Shown piece by piece: positions 56,639-64,000 of a stretch of DNA of 64,000 nucleotides. The notes under the pieces are model-generated. The model was not told where the DNA came from and did no database searches. It saw only the letters and a program-made list of their open reading frames with translations. Each line of letters begins with the position of its first letter. Position 1 is the first letter of the stretch. The position numbers and the translations under genes were made by a program. Source of the DNA: a phage; the sequence record PX068456.1; one strand, 5' to 3'.

Positions 56639-57465
56639 CAAAATTTTTAATCTTTGGTTCAAAAGGTCAATTAGGACAGTCTTTGGCAAAAGTTGCGCCC
56701 GAAGATGTTATTTTGATTGAAGCAAGTGATGTAGACATTACCAACTTTAAAGATGTTATGAATAGTCTTGTACAGCATGTGCCTGATGTTGTTGTGAATT
56801 GTGCGGCTTACACGGCAGTAGATAAAGCTGAAGAAGATGTTAACACCTGTATAAATGTTAATGCATACGGTGCAACAAACATTGCCAAAGCATGTAATGA
56901 TTTACTGATACAGTTTGTACATATTTCAACAGACTATGTTTTTGATGGGCATGTTGCTGGCACAGAAGAGAGTAAAACAAACCCCTTGAACACCTACGGT
57001 TACAGTAAACAATTAGGTGAAACTTTAGTACAAACAGTTTGTCCTACAGCACTTATTATCAGAACAGCTTCTGTTTATAGTGAGTTTGGACATAACTTTT
57101 TGAAAACTATGTTGGAACGCTACAACGGTGGTCAAAAAGAATTTAATGTAGTATGTGATCATTTATCATGTCCTACTTATGCACCTGATCTTGCAGAAAC
57201 AATTTTTAAACTTGTAAAAGATGGTGTAAATAGTAAAATTGTACACTATGCAGGTGCAGATTATATTTCTTGGTATGATTTTGCACGAAAGATATTTCTT
57301 GTTATAGATTTATCTGTTACAGTTAATCCTGTATCTGCTTCAACCTATAATTCCAAAGCAGTCAGACCAGCAACATCTTATTTAAAAACAGATCCTACTT
57401 TAAATCCGCGAAGTGTTGATAGCGGTATTGTAAGAACTTTAACTATACTTTTAAACAAGGAGTGA
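56635..57465 (+). CDS. rmlD: dTDP-4-dehydrorhamnose reductase
   Basis: 276 aa; Rossmann N-terminus IFGSKGQLG; completes rml gene set; TTG start. Confidence 0.7.
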   Translation: MTKFLIFGSKGQLGQSLAKVAPEDVILIEASDVDITNFKDVMNSLVQHVPDVVVNCAAYTAVDKAEEDVNTCINVNAYGATNIAKACNDLLIQFVHISTDYVFDGHVAGTEESKTNPLNTYGYSKQLGETLVQTVCPTALIIRTASVYSEFGHNFLKTMLERYNGGQKEFNVVCDHLSCPTYAPDLAETIFKLVKDGVNSKIVHYAGADYISWYDFARKIFLVIDLSVTVNPVSASTYNSKAVRPATSYLKTDPTLNPRSVDSGIVRTLTILLNKE

Positions 57466-57728
57466 AAATGAATTTTATTATCTACGGTAAACCAAATTGT
57501 CCTTTCTGCACTAACGCTAAGACTCTACTGGAACAGCGTGAACAGGATTTTAAATATCTTACCTTAGATGAAGACTATTCTTTAGATCAGATTCAGAATC
57601 TGGTTTTAGAGAAAACAGGTGTTCTGCCACGTACCTTTCCTCAAATTTTTGTGGAAGATGGTGAACATCTAACCCACGTAGGAGGTTTTTCTGAACTACG
57701 TGAATTCATGGCTCAGATTGCGGAGTAA
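57462..57728 (+). CDS. glutaredoxin-like protein
   Basis: 88 aa with CPFC active-site motif near N-terminus. Confidence 0.65.
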   Translation: MKMNFIIYGKPNCPFCTNAKTLLEQREQDFKYLTLDEDYSLDQIQNLVLEKTGVLPRTFPQIFVEDGEHLTHVGGFSELREFMAQIAE

Positions 57729-57732
57729 CAAT

Positions 57733-57876
57733 ATGAAAGGTAAACAGAAACGTAAGATCTTTTCTCGTGCTTTGGCAACAGAGCTTAAGTCCCAAACTAA
57801 AAAGACGAAGCCTAAACGTGAAATGTCTCCTGAACACCTACTGTTTCAAGAGCTAGATCATGGGGAGGGCGACTAA
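57733..57876 (+). CDS. small basic protein (47 aa)
   Basis: ATG after GGAG; Lys/Arg-rich; below ORF-track cutoff. Confidence 0.35.
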   Translation: MKGKQKRKIFSRALATELKSQTKKTKPKREMSPEHLLFQELDHGEGD

Positions 57877-57888
57877 TATAAGGAAAAC

Positions 57889-58389
57889 ATGGCTAAAGTA
57901 GTTGATGTGTTTGATATGTTACGTTTTGATGAAGGACTAAAGCTAACTGTATACACTGATACCGAAGGGTATTGGACGGTTGGTATTGGACACCTTCTGA
58001 CAAAACTTAAAGATAAATCAGAAGCTATACGCATTCTTGATAACTTAGTAGGTAGAAAAACTAATGGGGTTATTACTGAAGCGGAAGCTAGAAAAATCTT
58101 TGAGGGTGACGTAAAGAAAGCGATACAACAAATCCATTCAAGTACCATATTATCTCCTATTTACGATAAAGTAAGTCCTAATCGTAAAATGGCTATTATC
58201 AATATGGTATTTCAAATGGGGTTGAAAGGTGCAGAATCTTTCAAAAATAGCTTGACTTTAGTGAGTAATTCATATTATACTCAAGCCTCTATAAATTTAC
58301 GTAAAAGTAAATGGTATCGCCAAACGCCTAATCGCGCAGAGCGTGTAATTCAGGTGCTTAAAACTGGAACATTAGACGCTTATAACTAA
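57889..58389 (+). CDS. T4-type lysozyme (endolysin)
   Basis: DEGLKLTVYTDTEGYWTVGIGHLLTK ... INMVFQMG ... WYRQTPNRAERV closely parallels T4 gene e lysozyme. Confidence 0.85.
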   Translation: MAKVVDVFDMLRFDEGLKLTVYTDTEGYWTVGIGHLLTKLKDKSEAIRILDNLVGRKTNGVITEAEARKIFEGDVKKAIQQIHSSTILSPIYDKVSPNRKMAIINMVFQMGLKGAESFKNSLTLVSNSYYTQASINLRKSKWYRQTPNRAERVIQVLKTGTLDAYN

Positions 58390-58391
58390 AC

Positions 58392-58412
58392 AAAGGGGCG
58401 AAAGCCCCTTTT
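58392..58412 (+). terminator. intrinsic terminator (same hairpin as at 45305)
   Basis: AAAGGGGC-GAAA-GCCCCTTT then TATAAGGAG. Confidence 0.5.
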
Positions 58413-58427
58413 ATAAGGAGTGCAAAC

Positions 58428-59180
58428 ATGGGAAATAAAACCGCAAAGGCTCGTCGTCAATCAGCAGCCAATGATGACAAACGTGCCAGTCGTTATGCGG
58501 CTAAAGCAGTAGGAAATGATGATTACCGTCTTGATGAATTTACCCCTGTTGGGAATCAAGAAGCTATTGTAAGAAGCATGGTTTGGAATGATTTAACCAT
58601 TGTTAATGCCCCAGCAGGAACAGGAAAAACGACAACAGCACTATGGAAAGCATTGCAAATGCTTAAAGCTGGTGACTTCAGAAAGTTGATTTTCCTTAAA
58701 AACCCGACAGAAGTAGGTGATGACCAAATCGGTTTCTTATCTGGAGATAAGACTGATAAACTAGCAGCACACTACGAGTCAACTAAAAGAATTTTCCAAC
58801 AGTTTATGACTGCAAATAAATTGGAAAACGATATTGCAAGTGGCAAAATTGAACTTAATATTCCAAACTATGCACTAGGTGCTACGTGGGATAACAGCAT
58901 TATTCTTATTGATGAAGTTCAACTTATGTCACCAAACACAGTAAAACTTCTCCTTGAGCGAGCAGGTCTTAATACACGAATTGTCATTATGGGTGATGTT
59001 AATCAAACATATGCAATTAAACGAAGAGCTAACGGGTTAGGTGATTTGTTAGATCGTGTTGTTCCTATTAACGAAGAAGGAGAAAGGGAAGCTATTGTAG
59101 ATTTTATTGGTTATGTTGAAATGACAACTGCTGATAACCAACGTTCCCGTTTGTCTCAGTTCATCACGGAAGTATATTAA
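58428..59180 (+). CDS. phoH: PhoH-like ATPase
   Basis: Walker A NAPAGTGKTT; 250 aa. Confidence 0.7.
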   Translation: MGNKTAKARRQSAANDDKRASRYAAKAVGNDDYRLDEFTPVGNQEAIVRSMVWNDLTIVNAPAGTGKTTTALWKALQMLKAGDFRKLIFLKNPTEVGDDQIGFLSGDKTDKLAAHYESTKRIFQQFMTANKLENDIASGKIELNIPNYALGATWDNSIILIDEVQLMSPNTVKLLLERAGLNTRIVIMGDVNQTYAIKRRANGLGDLLDRVVPINEEGEREAIVDFIGYVEMTTADNQRSRLSQFITEVY

Positions 59181-59216
59181 TAATTACAAGGCAAGGATGC
59201 CTGTTATGGAGGTTAA

Positions 59217-59711
59217 ATGACGCTAATTGAGATTGATCGCAATGGTATTGATGAATGCTATCAAGCTGGCTTAGTTAAGCCGAATGAGTTTAGACAGATT
59301 TATATTGACAAGATTGAAAAAGAAATATCTCTTCGTTTAGAGAACATGACAACTTTGCAAAAAGTTCAGATGTTTTTTAGTTGGTTAAAAGGAGAGGATT
59401 GGCTAACTAAATATTACCAGGAATTATCTGATAGTCAAGAAGGCTTGTTTGAGTGTATAATAAATGTAGCCGGATCTAATTCAGAATTACTCCTGATTGA
59501 TGAAGAAGATTCTAAACTTCTTTTTCTTAGCAGTATCTTTCACAAGAAGTCTATGTTAGTAAGAAATTGCAGTGATTTACTAAATCATCCACTAACAAGA
59601 ACTAATAAAATTCTTGTGGATAAAGAAACACTAAGAGCTATTGATTACCTACGTAAGTATGTAAGCGGTGGTAAAGCAGTCCTTAAAACACTACAGGAGG
59701 AAGTACAATGA
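59217..59711 (+). CDS. hypothetical protein
   Basis: 164-aa ORF, translationally coupled (ATGA) to HslV-like gene. Confidence 0.45.
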   Translation: MTLIEIDRNGIDECYQAGLVKPNEFRQIYIDKIEKEISLRLENMTTLQKVQMFFSWLKGEDWLTKYYQELSDSQEGLFECIINVAGSNSELLLIDEEDSKLLFLSSIFHKKSMLVRNCSDLLNHPLTRTNKILVDKETLRAIDYLRKYVSGGKAVLKTLQEEVQ

Positions 59712-60361
59712 CAACAATTATTGCAACACATAACAAAATTCTATCTGACGGTAAAGTAACAGTAGGTAATCGAGTAGACACTTTAAATTTCAAGAAAGTG
59801 CGTAAAATTGGGGATTACCTTGTTGGTGGTGCAGGACGTCTGTCTTCTATCCTGACTTTCTTTTCTTGGTTTGAACAAAACTTACAGTGCCAGGCAGCAC
59901 AAGAGACAATCCCAGGTTTGGTGATCCAATCAGATCCTGATAAAGAAGATGAAGAGTTTGTGGCATTGGTTGTTCACCCAGACGGTAAAATTTATATGCA
60001 CGAGGGTAATAATCCAACGCGAGCATATCCTTTAACTGAAGATTACTATGCTGTTGGTAGTGGGGCAGATTTTGCTTTAGCAGCTTTAGACGCTGGGGCA
60101 ACCCCAGAAGAAGCGATGGAAGTTGCAAAACTACGAGATGCTTTTTCAGGCGGTGAAACTTTTGTTGAAGAGATCGAAGAACAACTGGAGCTAACAGCGG
60201 AAGATATTCTGAACTTCAGCAAGGAGCAACTAATTAGTATGCTGTTGACTGGTGATCCTGATAGTGATGAAGCTGAAAGTATTTTAGCAGAAATGAAAGA
60301 ATCACAAGAAAAAGTGTTGACAGTCTCTGAAAAACTTGATAAAGTGTCCTCTGATAATTAA
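59708..60361 (+). CDS. HslV-like N-terminal nucleophile peptidase with acidic C-terminal extension
   Basis: MTTIIAT start (Thr2 nucleophile position), DGKVTVGN, FKKVRK, GGAG, YAVGSGADFALAALDAG parallel E. coli HslV blocks (from memory). Confidence 0.55.
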   Translation: MTTIIATHNKILSDGKVTVGNRVDTLNFKKVRKIGDYLVGGAGRLSSILTFFSWFEQNLQCQAAQETIPGLVIQSDPDKEDEEFVALVVHPDGKIYMHEGNNPTRAYPLTEDYYAVGSGADFALAALDAGATPEEAMEVAKLRDAFSGGETFVEEIEEQLELTAEDILNFSKEQLISMLLTGDPDSDEAESILAEMKESQEKVLTVSEKLDKVSSDN

Positions 60362-60370
60362 TCTAACATA

Positions 60371-60390
60371 AACCCCCTCACGGGGGTTAT
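60371..60390 (+). terminator. stem-loop preceding RBS
   Basis: AACCCCC-TCAC-GGGGGTT. Confidence 0.4.
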
Positions 60391-60401
60391 TAGGAGGAGA
60401 T

Positions 60402-60830
60402 ATGTTACCAGTACCTGTAATCTTTGTAGAAAAAGCCTATTACTCTTTAGAACAAAACTGTAAAAGGGCTAAAAATTTTATTGAAAGTTTAGCAGAACAG
60501 CGTTATACTGTATCTAAAAAGGGATGGTTCAGAACTTCACAATATCTAGTCAACCCTTTCGGAGAAGTTCGTGTGTTGTACGGCAACACAGAAAATATCT
60601 TAGAAAGAATGTTAGAACTAGATAGGATCTCCTCCTGTGATTATCAACTGTTGAAATTTTACGATGTGTCAGAAAACGTTAAAAACTTTCTTGACGACTT
60701 ATGTAAACGAAAAACAGAAGAAGATACAATACCAGTATCTATGGAAGAATTAACGTTCTTAAGAGATATTATGGTTTTTGAAGAAAACCCTGAAATCACA
60801 AAAGAGGAGATTTTAAGTAGTGGCAAATAA
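60402..60830 (+). CDS. hypothetical protein
   Basis: 142-aa ORF. Confidence 0.45.
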   Translation: MLPVPVIFVEKAYYSLEQNCKRAKNFIESLAEQRYTVSKKGWFRTSQYLVNPFGEVRVLYGNTENILERMLELDRISSCDYQLLKFYDVSENVKNFLDDLCKRKTEEDTIPVSMEELTFLRDIMVFEENPEITKEEILSSGK

Positions 60831-61329
60831 GTATGATCGTCCACCAACTGATTACTATCCTACTCCACAAAAATGTATAAATGCATTATTTAGTGTAATA
60901 GATTTTAATAACCTTAAAGAAGAAGGTTTTATTTTTGCAGAACCGTGTAAAGGTGCTGCTGCTGCAATTTATCAACATTTTCCAGAAGGATCAGAATATT
61001 GTGAGTTAGAAGAAGGGAAGGATTATTTTAACCACGAATGGCATACTAAGCCGGATATTATAATCACAAATCCACCATTCAGACTTGCACTTGAGTTCTT
61101 GCAAAAGAGCTTAAAAGAAGCAGACGTTTGCATATACTTGTTGCGTCTTGGGTTCCTAGAGTCTATTAAACGAAGGGAATTCCATAAACAGAACCCACCA
61201 ACAAATTTGATTGTTCTTTCTGAACGACCATCTTTTGTTGCAGGTGGTACTGACAAGACAGCATATGCTTGGTACGTCTACGACCCAAAAAACAGGCTGG
61301 GTTTAACTCAACCTTTCTATTTTGTTTAA
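60820..61329 (+). CDS. DNA N6-adenine methyltransferase (phage Dam-like)
   Basis: DYYPTP near N-terminus, catalytic NPPF motif (IITNPPF); 169 aa. Confidence 0.6.
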   Translation: MANKYDRPPTDYYPTPQKCINALFSVIDFNNLKEEGFIFAEPCKGAAAAIYQHFPEGSEYCELEEGKDYFNHEWHTKPDIIITNPPFRLALEFLQKSLKEADVCIYLLRLGFLESIKRREFHKQNPPTNLIVLSERPSFVAGGTDKTAYAWYVYDPKNRLGLTQPFYFV

Positions 61330-61573
61330 GAGGAGCATTTTTATGACCGAGAAATTTATTGTTACTATGGAACTCACCTTTGATGAAGAAGATTTTGATC
61401 TTCATGTATCAACTAAAGCAGATAACATTCACACAACACAGAGTGTTGCAATCGCTATGTTCTTTAAGCAAGCAATTGCAAAACAAGCTGAAGTGTGTGC
61501 TGGTTTAGCTGTAGAGTACGCAGAAGTTGTCAAGGTTCTTGAAAGTGCTCGCAACAACGATTGGGATGAATAA
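61322..61573 (+). CDS. hypothetical protein
   Basis: 83-aa ORF. Confidence 0.45.
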   Translation: MFKRSIFMTEKFIVTMELTFDEEDFDLHVSTKADNIHTTQSVAIAMFFKQAIAKQAEVCAGLAVEYAEVVKVLESARNNDWDE

Positions 61574-61776
61574 TGGCATACAATTACTATCTGGTATATT
61601 TTAACGAAACTAAGAAAAAAGACACAGGAACTAATGTTTATGCGGAATCCGAAGAACACGCAAAAGCTATTGGTTCAGTGCTTCTTTCTAGAATAGCAGG
61701 TGAAGAAATTCCTGTAGAGGCTATCTTTGCAGAAGTTGACCCTGGTATTCAAGAAGATGATATTACCACTACTTAA
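61573..61776 (+). CDS. hypothetical protein
   Basis: 67-aa ORF. Confidence 0.4.
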   Translation: MAYNYYLVYFNETKKKDTGTNVYAESEEHAKAIGSVLLSRIAGEEIPVEAIFAEVDPGIQEDDITTT

Positions 61777-61779
61777 CTG

Positions 61780-61808
61780 TTGACTTTAACATTGAGGTAG
61801 TGCATACT
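61780..61808 (+). promoter_or_regulatory. sigma70-like promoter candidate
   Basis: TTGACTTTAACATTGAG shares extended motif with promoter at 48666; -10-like CATACT. Confidence 0.35.
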
Positions 61809-61833
61809 TCCTGCAACAGAACAGGAGGGTATT

Positions 61834-62496
61834 ATGAAGTTTGTACTGTATCATCGACTTTCTAAGAAGAAACAACAAGGCAACCAGTATGGTATAGAAT
61901 CACAGGAAGCAGATATCCAACGCTTCCTGGATTCACAAGAAAATTATACTATTGTAGGTAGCTTTGCAGAGTTTTATTCTGGTAAAGGCGATTGGAAGCA
62001 ACGTAGAGAGCTTGTAAAAGCTGTTAATCTTTGCAAAGAAACAGGTGCTACACTTGTTGTTGCTAAGGTTGACCGTCTTGGACGTAACACAGCTTCTGTT
62101 GCAACCTTGTTAGAGATGATTAATGTACGGATAGCAACTATGCCCTCCGCTGAAAATATGATAATAAATATTTTAGCAGTTCTGGCAGAAGAAGAGGCTC
62201 GTGCAATATCTGATCGTGTTAAGAAGAGCCTTAAGGTAGCAAAAGCGAAGGGAACGCTTCTTGGTGCAGCAAACCCTAAATACAAAAGAACAGATTATAC
62301 GAAAACGGAAGAAGCAAAACGCTCAAAAGAGTTTGCACTTTCTTTAAAAGATTCTTTAGTTGCATACAGAGCTTGTAAAACGCCATATATGACGATTGCA
62401 AAGCATCTGAATGAATCAGGAAAGAGAACTATTCGTGGGAGTTTGTTCGATGCCAAAGCGGTACAACGTCTTTGTGCAAAATTGAATATTAAATAA
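61834..62496 (+). CDS. serine recombinase (resolvase/invertase catalytic domain)
   Basis: YHRLS (Ser nucleophile position), VVAKVDRLGRN, ILAVLAEEEARAISDR parallel resolvase motifs. Confidence 0.6.
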   Translation: MKFVLYHRLSKKKQQGNQYGIESQEADIQRFLDSQENYTIVGSFAEFYSGKGDWKQRRELVKAVNLCKETGATLVVAKVDRLGRNTASVATLLEMINVRIATMPSAENMIINILAVLAEEEARAISDRVKKSLKVAKAKGTLLGAANPKYKRTDYTKTEEAKRSKEFALSLKDSLVAYRACKTPYMTIAKHLNESGKRTIRGSLFDAKAVQRLCAKLNIK

Positions 62497-62505
62497 GGAG
62501 GAAAC

Positions 62506-62709
62506 ATGGCAGTTCAATCTTTTGAGGAGACTGTTAAAAAACAATTCCTATCGAAGCGAGCGATGGTTGAATTTTTGCATTTTCTCGAAGTAGATAGGGT
62601 ACTTATTGAGACTACACCAGATGGTAACTGGCAAGTCTCGTATATTGCCACCAGGCATATCGTAGACAGTACGAAAGAAGAAAGTTCGGAAGTTACGGTT
62701 GCTAGTTAA
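62506..62709 (+). CDS. hypothetical protein
   Basis: 67-aa ORF after AAGGAGG. Confidence 0.45.
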   Translation: MAVQSFEETVKKQFLSKRAMVEFLHFLEVDRVLIETTPDGNWQVSYIATRHIVDSTKEESSEVTVAS

Positions 62710-62720
62710 AGGAGTTAAAT

Positions 62721-63293
62721 ATGCGTTTAGCTTTTAACGGGAAGATAAGCACAGCAAACATATTGTCAGCAGTAGGATTATTAGGTAAAAAATTTACACC
62801 TTTCAGTTTACCAGTTTGTGTAGATTTTGATCATGTGTTTGATATTAATAATCCTTCACGTTGTATTGCCAGAAGTAATATTGATAACCCAAGTGAAAAT
62901 CTGTTTTACATTACTAAACCATCCCAGGCAATTTTGAATCAATGGGAAGCAGGTCTGATTAAACCAGGTAAATATTTTGCATTACTACCTTGTAAATCAT
63001 TGGCTATAGAGGACAGTCTAAACTATGCAAACAATCTTGTTGTTACAGCATTCATTGTCTCAGAAAAAGAAGAAACTGCGGCACTTGCAAATACTGTTAA
63101 ATCTTTGTATGATGCTTTGGGTGTTACTTACACTACATTCGTTTGTGAAGATATTCCACATTGCGTTGAATTTGTAGTAAATGGTGTAACTGTATGTCGT
63201 GTAGAAACAACGCAAGATGAGGACGTTTTTATTACTGTAGCCGATGTAATATCTGAACCTGTGTTTAGTTACGCAGTTTCATTAACACATTAA
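62721..63293 (+). CDS. hypothetical protein
   Basis: 190-aa ORF after AAGGAG. Confidence 0.5.
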   Translation: MRLAFNGKISTANILSAVGLLGKKFTPFSLPVCVDFDHVFDINNPSRCIARSNIDNPSENLFYITKPSQAILNQWEAGLIKPGKYFALLPCKSLAIEDSLNYANNLVVTAFIVSEKEETAALANTVKSLYDALGVTYTTFVCEDIPHCVEFVVNGVTVCRVETTQDEDVFITVADVISEPVFSYAVSLTH

Positions 63294-63303
63294 GGAGAAG
63301 GGG

Positions 63304-63630
63304 ATGAAAATAACGACAGAACAGGCTTTAATAGACAAAGGAAGGGAAATCTTAGAAAGTCATTTGGAGGATATTCAAAGGACTCCAGGGTATCTCGGCT
63401 GGCGTATACAAGAAGCCGTCGATTTTCTACCCCGTAAAAATAAAGAGATTGAGGTAAGATCTCTATTCCTCCTTGTTAAAGTAGATGGTGACGCTATATA
63501 TAAAGATGTAGCGTCTCACATTGAACAAATAGAAGAAAAAGCCTACAAAGAATTTGCAGATCTTGTTGTAGAACATAATATAGAAGGTAAAGTTAATATC
63601 TTTATACTTATGGATTTTGAGGAGAGTTGA
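63304..63630 (+). CDS. hypothetical protein
   Basis: 108-aa ORF. Confidence 0.45.
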   Translation: MKITTEQALIDKGREILESHLEDIQRTPGYLGWRIQEAVDFLPRKNKEIEVRSLFLLVKVDGDAIYKDVASHIEQIEEKAYKEFADLVVEHNIEGKVNIFILMDFEES

Positions 63631-64000
63631 TGCTAGTATATCAAGAAATTAGTGTAAAAGATGATCAAGACCTGTTTATTATTGGTGATTTACATGGTTG
63701 CTTTGATTTATACCAGAAAGGTGTTAATACTTTAGGTATCCGAGATCAAGATGTTGTTGTATCTTTAGGAGATCTTACAGATCGAGGCAAGCAGAATTTT
63801 CGTTGTACCGTTGAATTCACCAGAAAGCTAAATCGCTATGCTATTCGTGGAAATCACGAAGATATGATGATTAAAGGGTTGCTAGAAGGTGATAGACGAT
63901 ATTACGAATGTTGGTTTCAGAACGGAGGCCATACAGTTCTAAATGAGTGTGGAGAAGAAGGTGCAACTGCTCTTGCTTTGATGCTAGAAGATTTACCTGT
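63630..64000 (+). CDS. Ser/Thr metallophosphatase (lambda PPase-like), 3' partial
   Basis: ATGA-coupled ATG at 63630; motifs GDLHG, GDLTDRG, GNHE; frame open to window end. Confidence 0.6.
   Translation, partial: MLVYQEISVKDDQDLFIIGDLHGCFDLYQKGVNTLGIRDQDVVVSLGDLTDRGKQNFRCTVEFTRKLNRYAIRGNHEDMMIKGLLEGDRRYYECWFQNGGHTVLNECGEEGATALALMLEDLP

Noticed and set aside
61834-62496. Serine recombinase as evidence of a temperate lifestyle or prophage
   Set aside because: No repressor, integrase-type attachment site, or host flanking DNA; the rest of the window is typical of a virulent phage. The recombinase is kept as a feature but lysogeny is not inferred.
1-64000. CRISPR array or rRNA genes
   Set aside because: No regularly spaced direct repeats with unique spacers and no rRNA-like conserved segments were seen anywhere in the window.

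Overview
This 64-kb window is a contiguous piece of a large, AT-rich, virulent tailed-phage genome; no host chromosomal genes are evident. Layout: (i) about 1-27.8 kb is a late structural and packaging block on the minus strand (tail fibres, baseplate, tape measure, tail tube and sheath indicating a contractile tail, head completion proteins, major capsid, scaffold, portal, a large terminase whose Walker A P-loop is split by a 158-aa mini-intein, overlapping i/o-spanins) punctuated by strong hairpin terminators; (ii) 27.8-30.7 kb is a minus-strand array of about 18 tRNA genes, including three CAU tRNAs and several non-canonical tRNA-like genes; (iii) 31.4-34.2 kb holds an adjacent Nampt-like and Prs-like pair, a candidate NAD+ reconstitution/salvage module; (iv) 34.5-64 kb is a plus-strand early/middle block with many small unknown ORFs, a three-gene RNA-repair module (phosphoesterase, RNA ligase, polynucleotide kinase), DNA ligase, RdgC-like, FEN/RNase H, DnaQ-like exonuclease, HNH endonuclease, Tdk, 5'-nucleotidase, ThyX, NrdA/NrdB, a complete dTDP-L-rhamnose operon (rmlB-rmlA-rmlC-rmlD), glutaredoxin, T4-type lysozyme, PhoH, an HslV-like peptidase, a Dam-like methyltransferase, a serine recombinase and a partial metallophosphatase. 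Gene content resembles Felix-O1-like myoviruses, but this is a recollection and was not verified by search. Protein CDS coordinates follow the supplied ORF track (stop included) with some starts re-chosen; tRNA and regulatory coordinates were hand-derived and are approximate (about +/-2 nt). Structural calls in the late block rest mainly on size, order and composition, not on homology searches.
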